From: a virus
Lineage: Duplodnaviria > Caudoviricetes
Length of the DNA: 37,505 nucleotides
Virus record (IMG/VR): IMGVR_UViG_3300013767_000208
Span: 1-37,505 of that record
Direction: 5' to 3' (one strand)
Both the position numbers and the translations under genes were made by a program. Positions within the stretch are counted from its first letter, which is position 1; every line of letters begins with the position of its first letter. Shown piece by piece: positions 1 through 7,921 of the stretch. The notes under the pieces were generated by a model. The model was not told where the DNA came from. It worked only from the letters and a program-made list of their open reading frames with translations, and did not search any database.

Positions 1-750
<750 letters not shown>

Positions 751-796
751 ATTGGCATTGGTTGAAGACTGTCGTTAACTGACGGAAATCACCCGG

Positions 797-829
797 AAAC
801 CCGCGCCACGGCGCGGGTTTTTGCTTTTT
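797..829 (+). terminator. Rho-independent terminator after guaA (supplied by the element)
   Basis: AAACCCGCGC-cacg-GCGCGGGTTT followed by TTGCTTTTT. Confidence 0.8.
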
Positions 830-878
830 CTACTGTCGAAGACTGACGACTGAAACCGGCCTCTGGCGTCGGTATTAT

Positions 879-1111
879 TGACGGTATATGCTCGGGCTTC
901 GGGCCTGTCCTCCGCCAATACCGTCACCTGTCTATCGCAATTGTGACGGTATTGGGGGGCTGAAACCCAAGCCCCATAAGGTTCTCCGGGCGATTCCGTG
1001 CAGATCATCGGCTGACGGTATTGGAGAGCAGTTTCGGGCAAAGGCGTGACGGTACTGGACCCGGAAACCCAATACCTATAAGGCTTTGCGGGTGATCACC
1101 AATACCGTCAG
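879..1111. repeat. Cluster of TGACGGTA(TTGG) repeats in both orientations, probable integrase arm-type or regulator binding sites
   Basis: Copies at 879-887(+), 915-927(-), 943-955(+), 1012-1024(+), 1046-1058(+) and 1099-1111(-). 915-927 and 943-955 form a perfect 13-bp inverted repeat. Confidence 0.75.
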
Positions 1112-1142
1112 GCGGTCTGGTGCGTCCGGGGGCCGATTGACG

Positions 1143-2339
1143 ATGCTGACAGACACGAAGCTCAAGAACCTCAAGGCAGCGGACAAGCTCTACAAGGTGG
1201 TGGACCGGGACGGCATGTACGTGGCCGTGTCGACCACCGGTGTCGTGAGCTTCCGCCTGGACTACCGGCTGAACGGGCGCCGCGAGACGCTGACGATCGG
1301 CAAGTACGGCCCGGCCGGCATCGGCCTGGCCGAAGCGCGGGAGAAGTGTCTGGCCGCCAAGAAGGCCATCGCCGAAGGCCTATCCCCGGCCCGTGAAAAG
1401 CAGCGCACCCGGGTGCAGGTACGCGCCGCCAAGACGTTCGGAGAGTGGGCCGCCCGCTGGCTCAAGGACTACCAGATGGCGGACAGTACGAAGGCGATGC
1501 GGGAGAGCATCCTGGAGCGCGACATCCTGCCCCAGTGGGGCAACCGGCAGATGGAGGAGATCACGCCCGAGGATTTGCGCGAGCGCTGCGACAAGATCGT
1601 GGCGCGCGGCGCGCCGGCCACGGCGGTGCACGTGCGGGAGGTGTTGAACCAGATCTACCGCTATGCTCTCAGCAAGGGGCTGCGCACCACCAACCCGGCA
1701 GCCGAGGTGCGACCGTCGACCATCGCCACCTTCGCCCCGAAGGACCGCGTGCTGGCGCCGGAGGAGATTGGCGTATTCCTCAAGCAGTTGGAGCACGTCG
1801 GCACGCTGCCCACGATCAAGCTGGGGCTGCGCCTGCTCCTGCTGACCATGCTGCGCAAGAGCGAATTGCTGGAGGCAACGTGGGAGGAGGTGGATTTCCG
1901 GACCGCTGTCTGGACGATCCCGGCGGAGCGGATGAAGGCGCGCCGGCCGCATCAGATCTACCTGTCCACCCAGGCGCTGGATATCCTGGTGGCGCTGAAG
2001 ACCTGCGCCGGCGCGTCGCAGTACCTGCTGTCGAACCGCTACGACAGCGACAAGCCGATGTCGAAGGCCACGCTTAACCGCAGCATCAGCGTGACCGTCG
2101 ATCTGGCCCGATCAAAGGGGCTGGCGCTGGACCACTTCGGCCCGCACGACATGCGCCGCACTGCCTCGACGCTGCTGCACGAGGCCGGGTTCAATTCCGA
2201 CTGGATCGAGAAATGCCTTGCCCACGAGCAGAAGGGCGTGCGCGCGGTCTACAACAAGGCCGAGTACGCCGAGCAGCGCCGCGACATGCTGCAGCAGTGG
2301 GCCGACATGATCGACGACTACGTGGCCGCGACCGTCTAA
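1143..2339 (+). CDS. int: P4-type tyrosine integrase with N-terminal arm-binding domain
   Basis: Likely start MLTDTKLKNLK at ATG 1143. Arm domain DRDGMYVAV...LTIGKY. Catalytic motifs LRKSE, HDMRRT, LAH and VYNKAEY are intact. Confidence 0.95.
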   Translation: MLTDTKLKNLKAADKLYKVVDRDGMYVAVSTTGVVSFRLDYRLNGRRETLTIGKYGPAGIGLAEAREKCLAAKKAIAEGLSPAREKQRTRVQVRAAKTFGEWAARWLKDYQMADSTKAMRESILERDILPQWGNRQMEEITPEDLRERCDKIVARGAPATAVHVREVLNQIYRYALSKGLRTTNPAAEVRPSTIATFAPKDRVLAPEEIGVFLKQLEHVGTLPTIKLGLRLLLLTMLRKSELLEATWEEVDFRTAVWTIPAERMKARRPHQIYLSTQALDILVALKTCAGASQYLLSNRYDSDKPMSKATLNRSISVTVDLARSKGLALDHFGPHDMRRTASTLLHEAGFNSDWIEKCLAHEQKGVRAVYNKAEYAEQRRDMLQQWADMIDDYVAATV

Positions 2340-4285
2340 GCCTTGCGCTGGTAGGTGTTGGGGCCGCGCGCCCGTGTGCTGCGGCCGTTGTAGGCGGTCT
2401 TCAGCTCGTTCCAGTCGAAGCCCTTCACCTTGGCGCCGTCCTCGCCGCGGTCGCCCTCGATGAGCACCACCGGCAGGTTGGACACCTGCGCGAAGTTCCG
2501 CGCCCGCGCCGCCAGGGATGACTTGGAGGGGTCGAAGCCCTCATAGTCACGCCGGCCGCACAGCTTCCACAGGAACTCGATCAGCGTGGACTTGCCGGCG
2601 CCGGGCTCGCCCACCACCTCCAGGAAGGGGAAGCTCTTCTGCTTGATGCCCTCGCCCTCGCGGATCTGCTCCGCGAACAGGCTGCCCAGCCAGAAGGCCA
2701 GCGCCACGATGGCCTTGGCGCCGAAGGCCTCCCACAGCAAGGCCAGCCAGTCTTGGCGGAAGGCCTTCAGGTCCATGTTCAGCGACAGGCCGGCCGAGCC
2801 GCCGATGGTCTTGATGGACAGGCGGCCGATGTCGAAGAAGTCCTCGTCGTTCAGCGTCTGCAGCTTGCCGTCCTTGACTGCCACCTCCGCGTAGACGTAG
2901 CACCCGTGCTCCTTGGCGTAGCCCACGAAGTCCACCGTCTGCACGCTCTTGATGCGGTGCATCTGCTCCTTGAGGTAGGCATCGAGCTGGCCGTTGGAGC
3001 CGGTGTAGAAGGCGCCCGGCGCCACGGCCAGCAGCCGCTTCTTGAACTCGCCGGCGGAGGCGATCTGCGCGCTGGTGAAGGTGTTCTTGACCGGCTCCGA
3101 GTCATGCGGCAAGGCCACGCGGAAGTAGTACCAAGCCTCGTCGGTGGCGGCGTTCGCCTGGTAGTAGAGTGCCGTGGGCAGGCAGGTGGCGATATTGCCT
3201 ACCACGCCGGCCTTCAGCATGGCCTCGTCGCGGATGGCTTCCTCGCTCATGTCATCGCGGTGCGCGCCGCGCACGGCGTCCATCTCGCGGTTCAGCGCCT
3301 CCAGGTCTACCTTGAACCAGTACAGCTTGCTGTCGAAGTCGAAGGGGAACTGGCTCATGCCGCTGCGGCGATAGATCAGCCGCGCCTTCTCGGCGGCGCT
3401 GGGCGCGGCCATCAGGTCGCCGAGGTAGCGGTACTCGACCAGGTCGGGCTCGGTCAGCTTGCCGAGCTGGTGCAGGTCGTTCCAGTCGCGCTTTTTCGGG
3501 CCGGCCTGCTTCGGCACGGCCGCCGAGGCCTCCCAGCCTTCCTCGCGGCTGCGCTTGAGCCACTGCTTGGCGTAGCGCGTGCCGGCGCGGTCCGCGTCCA
3601 GCGCCCACACTAGCTTGGGGCGCGGGCGGCTGCCGGCGGCGCACTGCTCGGCCAGCCCGGCCAGCGCCGCGGCTGGGTAGTTGACGCAGGACATGGCCGC
3701 CACCGCCGCCACGCCGTGGTGCCAAAGCGCGATGGCGTCGAAGATGCCCTCCACGATCCACAGCTCGGCGGCGGTGGTGTTCAGCGTTGGCGGCTGCCAC
3801 CACATGCCGCTGTAGCTGCCGTGGAAGGTCGCCTTACGGTCGCCGAAGCGGTGCGGCTGGTCGATGATCCGTTCCCAGTAGACGCCGGCCGCCAGCGCGA
3901 AGCGCACCGTGGCGCTGCCAATCTTCAGCTCGTGGCTGTAGTAGCTCTCCTGGCTGTACCAGGTGCGCACCTTGTCCAGGTCAAAGCCGCGGGCGTCGCG
4001 CAGATAGGCATCGGCGGCGGCCGTCGGGCTCTCCTGCGTGGCGGGGTAGCGGTCGCTCCAGCTCTCGAAGAGATCCGGGTACAGCTCTTTGATGTGCCGC
4101 TCGGCGCCGCAGTGGTTCAGCCGGTTGCAGCGCACTACCCACGGCGCATTGCCAAAGGCCCACAGCGTCCTCTTGCCGCACGCCGGGCACTTGCCGTCTT
4201 CCAGCTTCTCGCCGCCGCGCTTGGGCTTGAAGGCGTAGTCGCGCAGCAGGCGGCTGGTGACTTCGCTGTGGAGGGATGGGTTCAT
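2336..4285 (-). CDS. Zn-finger/Toprim primase - P-loop helicase replication protein (P4 alpha-like), probably C-terminally truncated
   Basis: CPACGK...CNRLNHC zinc finger; Toprim IVEGIFDAIAL and ALDAD; Walker A GEPGAGKST; Walker B VLIEGD. The ORF ends shortly after Walker B, and its stop overlaps the int stop. Confidence 0.88.
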   Translation of the reverse strand: MNPSLHSEVTSRLLRDYAFKPKRGGEKLEDGKCPACGKRTLWAFGNAPWVVRCNRLNHCGAERHIKELYPDLFESWSDRYPATQESPTAAADAYLRDARGFDLDKVRTWYSQESYYSHELKIGSATVRFALAAGVYWERIIDQPHRFGDRKATFHGSYSGMWWQPPTLNTTAAELWIVEGIFDAIALWHHGVAAVAAMSCVNYPAAALAGLAEQCAAGSRPRPKLVWALDADRAGTRYAKQWLKRSREEGWEASAAVPKQAGPKKRDWNDLHQLGKLTEPDLVEYRYLGDLMAAPSAAEKARLIYRRSGMSQFPFDFDSKLYWFKVDLEALNREMDAVRGAHRDDMSEEAIRDEAMLKAGVVGNIATCLPTALYYQANAATDEAWYYFRVALPHDSEPVKNTFTSAQIASAGEFKKRLLAVAPGAFYTGSNGQLDAYLKEQMHRIKSVQTVDFVGYAKEHGCYVYAEVAVKDGKLQTLNDEDFFDIGRLSIKTIGGSAGLSLNMDLKAFRQDWLALLWEAFGAKAIVALAFWLGSLFAEQIREGEGIKQKSFPFLEVVGEPGAGKSTLIEFLWKLCGRRDYEGFDPSKSSLAARARNFAQVSNLPVVLIEGDRGEDGAKVKGFDWNELKTAYNGRSTRARGPNTYQRKA

Positions 4286-4303
4286 ATGCCGTGCCTATCC
4301 CGC

Positions 4304-4858
4304 TCAGGCCACACCATCCAGGCGCTGCTGCTGGAGGCCGGGCGTCAAGGTTTCCAGCTCCGCCACCGGCATGCCGAGCAGACGCGACACATGGCGCAGG
4401 TTGGCGTACAGCTCCACTGCCACGCCGCGCGAGCGCAGCGCTGCCAGCTCCTTCACCAGCGTGCCGCGGTAGCGCAGGGCGGCCAGATGCTGCGGCACGG
4501 TCAGCGTGCCCACGCGGCGCGCCGGCTGCCGGCCCTCCAGCACATCAAGCACCCAGCGGCGGAAGGCCTTGGCGCGCTCCGTACGGGCCAGCATGCCCAG
4601 CAGGTAGCAGCCGCGCGGGCTGAAGATGCGCACCGGCTGCCGGCCACCGGCGGTGTCCAACTCGATGATCTGAGTCATCTCGTCGGTGAACTCGTCGGCG
4701 TTGGCGTCGTAGAGCTTGTGAAGGGAGACACGCCCCTTCTCATAGCCCAAGGCGTCCCCGATCTGGGGACCCCTTAGCCACGGCACGTTGTGCATGTCGA
4801 CCACATCGAACTCGATGTTCTCGAAGGCGAGGACGGTGGATTCGGCCAGGTATTGCAT
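4304..4858 (-). CDS. BRO-N domain DNA-binding protein / antirepressor-like
   Basis: WLRGPQIGDALGY...LY..NADEF...RIFSPRGCYLLGMLARTERAKAFRRWVLDVLE is a BRO-N pattern. Start taken at ATG 4858. Confidence 0.85.
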   Translation of the reverse strand: MQYLAESTVLAFENIEFDVVDMHNVPWLRGPQIGDALGYEKGRVSLHKLYDANADEFTDEMTQIIELDTAGGRQPVRIFSPRGCYLLGMLARTERAKAFRRWVLDVLEGRQPARRVGTLTVPQHLAALRYRGTLVKELAALRSRGVAVELYANLRHVSRLLGMPVAELETLTPGLQQQRLDGVA

Positions 4859-4974
4859 TGCGAAGCTCCAGAGGTCAGGCCGCACTGGCGGCGGATTTCG
4901 GGCAAAAAGGGGCCCCTCGCGCCGAAGGGTGCGAAAACAGACACGAAGGGGAAGGGGGTTAGCTGGCTACGCCG

Positions 4975-5223
4975 CTACCCGGGCAGCAGATCCATCTGCC
5001 GCTCGTCGGCCCGGCCCGGGCGCGGCCTGCTCGCGGGCAGGTAGGCCTTCGGGTTCGGCCGCATGCTGGGGGCGATGGTGTTGATGATGGTCAGCACCAT
5101 CTTGCCGGTGTAGGCGCACTCCACGTTGGGGCACTGCGCGTACAGCTCGCGCGACAGCAGCCCGACCGGGCGGCTGGTGCGGATATGCAGCCGCGTTTCG
5201 CAATGGGGGCAAGTCATCTTCAT
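4975..5223 (-). CDS. ogr: Ogr/Delta-like zinc-finger late transcription activator
   Basis: MKMTCPHC...IRTSR...RELYAQCPNVEC gives the C2-C2 Ogr signature; 82 aa from ATG 5223. Confidence 0.9.
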   Translation of the reverse strand: MKMTCPHCETRLHIRTSRPVGLLSRELYAQCPNVECAYTGKMVLTIINTIAPSMRPNPKAYLPASRPRPGRADERQMDLLPG

Positions 5224-5504
5224 GGGTGCGTCCTCCCGCATTCGCCCAGGCCCTGGCGGGCGCATTCGCAAAACATGCCCACCTCGCCCAGCGTGGCCAC
5301 GGCCTCCAGGTATTTGCTGGTCACCAGCACATAGCCCACCGACCGCACCAGGACGTCGATCTTCTCGATGGTGACGCCCTGGTCGCCGTTGAGGAAACGG
5401 CTCAGCGCCGAGTTGTCCCAGCCGACAGCCTTCTGCACATCCTGGCGGGCCGGCCCAGAAAGGGCGCGGCGCAGCGCGTGCTCGATCAGTTGAGGGGGTC
5501 GCAT
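5220..5504 (-). CDS. Small HTH transcriptional regulator (CII-like)
   Basis: HTH-like QDVQKAVGWDNSALSRFL; lies in the early operon with its stop overlapping the ogr start. Confidence 0.65.
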   Translation of the reverse strand: MRPPQLIEHALRRALSGPARQDVQKAVGWDNSALSRFLNGDQGVTIEKIDVLVRSVGYVLVTSKYLEAVATLGEVGMFCECARQGLGECGRTHP

Positions 5505-5507
5505 CGC

Positions 5508-5744
5508 TCAATCCTCCGCAATCGAAGTGGTGTGACGTTGCACAAGCGCATGGGTACGCTGAAGGCCGTCCGCAGCCATCGCCCGCACGATTAGCAGGCG
5601 GGCCAGGTTGGAAAGGGAGCGACCTTCCTCCATGGCGCGGGCCTTGAAGGCCGCCAGTTCATCGGGCATCAAGCACGTCACGATGCGCCGGTCCGAATCG
5701 ACGCCGCGCGGCGCGCGAGCCGCCGGGGCTTTGGCGTTGGGCAT
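5508..5744 (-). CDS. Ribbon-helix-helix DNA-binding protein (Cro/Cox position of the switch)
   Basis: 78 aa from ATG 5744. RIVTCLMPDELAAFKARAMEEGRSLSNLARLLIVRAM fits the RHH pattern. Divergent from the repressor. Confidence 0.75.
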   Translation of the reverse strand: MPNAKAPAARAPRGVDSDRRIVTCLMPDELAAFKARAMEEGRSLSNLARLLIVRAMAADGLQRTHALVQRHTTSIAED

Positions 5745-5780
5745 GGCAGATATACTCTGTGAGTTAGCGTGGCACAACCC

Positions 5781-5809
5781 ATTATCTTTACGAACGTAAA
5801 GATAGTCAA
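5781..5809 (-). promoter_or_regulatory. Early lytic promoter with overlapping palindromic operator
   Basis: Minus strand reads TTGACT-17 nt-GATAAT (5809-5781). The perfect inverted repeat TATCTTTACG-aa-CGTAAAGATA at 5783-5804 covers the spacer. Confidence 0.8.
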
Positions 5810-5818
5810 GAGAACTTA

Positions 5819-6241
5819 ATGAACGTTGAGAGTGCAATCTTCGGCGAGCGCCTGGAGGAGGAGCGCGCGCGCCTGAACCTTTCGAAGGCTGCGATGGCGC
5901 AAGCTGGCGATGTGTCGGCGGGCGCCTACAGCAACTATCTGCGTGGCGCACGCGTGCCGGACCTCTCTGCATTGGCATCGTGGGCAGGCGCCGGCGTCGA
6001 CGTGCTGTATGTCGTGTCGGGGCGACGACTGCCGGATTTGCTGACGCCAGAAGAGGAAGTTGTGATCGGCGGCTACCGCAAGCTCGATGCGCGCGGCCGA
6101 GCCGGCGTGCTCGCGTTGATCGGCGGCATGCAGGAGCCGTCTGCCGCAGACGTGCGCGTGAAGGGCGACGTGGGGCAGTATGTCGCGGGCGATGTGACGG
6201 CGCCATTCACCATCGACATGGGTAAGAAAAGCCGGAAGTAA
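5819..6241 (+). CDS. Prophage repressor (XRE/CI-like HTH, no S24 peptidase domain) with a C-terminal low-complexity beta-type motif
   Basis: FGERLEEERARLNLSKAAMA...YSNYLRGARVPDLSAL...GVDVLYVVSG is an XRE HTH; C-tail is DVRVKGDVGQYVAGDVTAPFTIDMG. Confidence 0.88.
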   Translation: MNVESAIFGERLEEERARLNLSKAAMAQAGDVSAGAYSNYLRGARVPDLSALASWAGAGVDVLYVVSGRRLPDLLTPEEEVVIGGYRKLDARGRAGVLALIGGMQEPSAADVRVKGDVGQYVAGDVTAPFTIDMGKKSRK

Positions 6242-6261
6242 TCTGCACAAGTGACACAGCG

Positions 6262-6294
6262 AAATGGCCTGCAGCACGCAGGCCATTTTTGTTT
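6262..6294 (+). terminator. Rho-independent terminator after the repressor
   Basis: AAATGGCCTGC-agcac-GCAGGCCATTT then TTGTTT. Confidence 0.75.
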
Positions 6295-6472
6295 CGGCCA
6301 CCCACCTAAGCGCCGCGAAGATCTGACTTCAAAACCTTTCAACCGCCTTGGGAATCGTCTGGAACCTTCTGCCTGCTGCACGGGCTAGGTTGGACTTGCC
6401 CCGCAGCCCTATGTGGCGTCGGGCGTTCGTCAATCCAGGTGCCAGCATGGCACGCAACTAGGCAGGTCCAAA

Positions 6473-6955
6473 ATGAAGAAGTTGTTGATGTGGGTCGTCA
6501 TCGGTTTAGTGGGTCTGATTGTGCTTGTGGCAATCTTCGGCGGTGAAGAGAAGAGCAAGGCGGCCAGCCGGTCTGCGGATAGCACCGAGAGCACATCGGA
6601 GGGGAAGGCCAAGCCGAAGGAAGAGTCGGAACCGCCGATGCAGGTAACGGCGGATGAACTGCTCAATGCCTACAAGGAAAACGAGGTTGCGGCCAATCAG
6701 AAGTACAAGGGCAAGCGCCTGATGGTCAAGGCTCGGATCGACAGCATCGCGGCCGGCATAGGCGATGCACCCTTCCTGGTGCTGAAGGCCGGCGGGCAGT
6801 ACGAGTTCCTGCTGCCGCAAGCTCACCTAGCGAGTGGCGAGGAAGCGGCAGCGGCATCGCTCAAGAAGGGGCAGCAAATCACGCTGCTTTGCGTCGGCCG
6901 GAGCGAAGTCGCCGGTGCGCCGATGCTGGGTGACTGCCGCATCCAATCCTCCTGA
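6473..6955 (+). CDS. Membrane-anchored OB-fold protein (tRNA_anti-like), accessory gene
   Basis: N-terminal TM/signal MKKLLMWVVIGLVGLIVLVAIFG; VTADELLNAYKENEVAANQKYKGKRLMVKARI and LKKGQQITLLCVG...LGDC fit this family. Confidence 0.75.
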   Translation: MKKLLMWVVIGLVGLIVLVAIFGGEEKSKAASRSADSTESTSEGKAKPKEESEPPMQVTADELLNAYKENEVAANQKYKGKRLMVKARIDSIAAGIGDAPFLVLKAGGQYEFLLPQAHLASGEEAAAASLKKGQQITLLCVGRSEVAGAPMLGDCRIQSS

Positions 6956-7032
6956 TCCAACCACGCGTACCAGCACTACTGGGCTGCGCCGTTCGCGCGC
7001 AGCCCTTCCATTGTCCGCAGAGTTCAAAGCAT

Positions 7033-7704
7033 ATGAAGGCCAATGATGTAGCCGTAGACGGCGACGTGGGACAGCTTGTCGCCGGCAATGTTGTGCACGA
7101 AGGCGCGACCGCCGCCAGCCATCTCCACAACGTCATCACCATCCAGGGCGCCGCGAAGCCGGCGCCGGTTCCCACCATCACCGAACTGCAGCGCAAGCGC
7201 ATTGCCGTCAAGGTCAAAGAAGTGATGGGCGTGGCCGGCATCAAGCAGCAGCTGGAAGTGTATTCCGTGGTGATGACGGACTTCGGCGTAGAGAAGATCA
7301 TGGATCTCCCACGGGACCAGTTCAAGGGGGTAATGGCGATGCTCGACAACTGGATCGCGGAGGAAGCGCAGGAACAACCGCCCCAGCGGACTCCTGAGCA
7401 GCGCGAGAGTGGGGACGAATCCAGTGCTTCGCCCACAGCGCTGCCGGGGCGTGTGGGCCTGATTCGATGGGGGCTTGCCTTCTTGGCGGCCGTATGTGTG
7501 CTGACCTTCTGCGCGTACGTCATCATCCAGAATCTCGCGCCCGCTGCGCGGAACGGGAGCGAGTGCCAGCATGACGGCAAGGCCTACTCGCTGGGGAGCG
7601 TGATTCGTATGCCCGACAACGGCATCTACGAATGCGCGGCCGGCGAGCCGGGCGGGCAGGCGGCCTGGCGGACATCCTCCCTGGCTGCCGGCAAACGCCG
7701 GTAA
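7033..7704 (+). CDS. Single-pass membrane protein: N-terminal motif shared with the repressor, ORF6C-like helical domain, TM helix, small Cys-containing (DUF1496-like) C-terminal domain
   Basis: N-term DVAVDGDVGQLVAGNV; ITELQRKRIAVKV...FGVEKIMDLPRDQFKGVMAMLDNW; TM LIRWGLAFLAAVCVLTFCAYVII; CQHDGKAYSLGSVIRMPDNGIYEC. Confidence 0.7.
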   Translation: MKANDVAVDGDVGQLVAGNVVHEGATAASHLHNVITIQGAAKPAPVPTITELQRKRIAVKVKEVMGVAGIKQQLEVYSVVMTDFGVEKIMDLPRDQFKGVMAMLDNWIAEEAQEQPPQRTPEQRESGDESSASPTALPGRVGLIRWGLAFLAAVCVLTFCAYVIIQNLAPAARNGSECQHDGKAYSLGSVIRMPDNGIYECAAGEPGGQAAWRTSSLAAGKRR

Positions 7705-7921
7705 CTTGCACGGCGTGCCTTTGCGATGGGAGGCGTTTCGCTATCGCCCACAACCGCGGGCCAGGCTCCCGTTGGCTGGTTGTCATTTCGACGGTAAACC
7801 CTACTCTCTGGGGAGTGTCGCAGTGACACCGCTTCAGGGTATCTTCGAAAGTTTTAATACAGCGTCCCCAACAACGGAATAGTCCTCCGCACCACCAGTA
7901 CAATGAACAAGGAAGAATCGG

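Noticed and set aside
775-1041. 88-aa minus-strand ORF in the att region
   Set aside because: Overlaps the terminator and repeat cluster, with no AlpA/Xis-like or other recognisable motif.
879-1111. Repeat cluster as a possible CRISPR array
   Set aside because: Repeats are only 9-13 bp, in mixed orientation and irregularly spaced; no cas genes are present.
5745-6206. N-terminal extension of the 232-aa ORF 5508-6206
   Set aside because: Overlaps the repressor antisense and the promoter region; only the last 78 aa from ATG 5744 look like a real protein.
7899-7904. TACAAT as the -10 of the NA37-like operon promoter
   Set aside because: No convincing -35 at the right spacing, and it is very close to the ribosome-binding site; cannot be supported from sequence alone.
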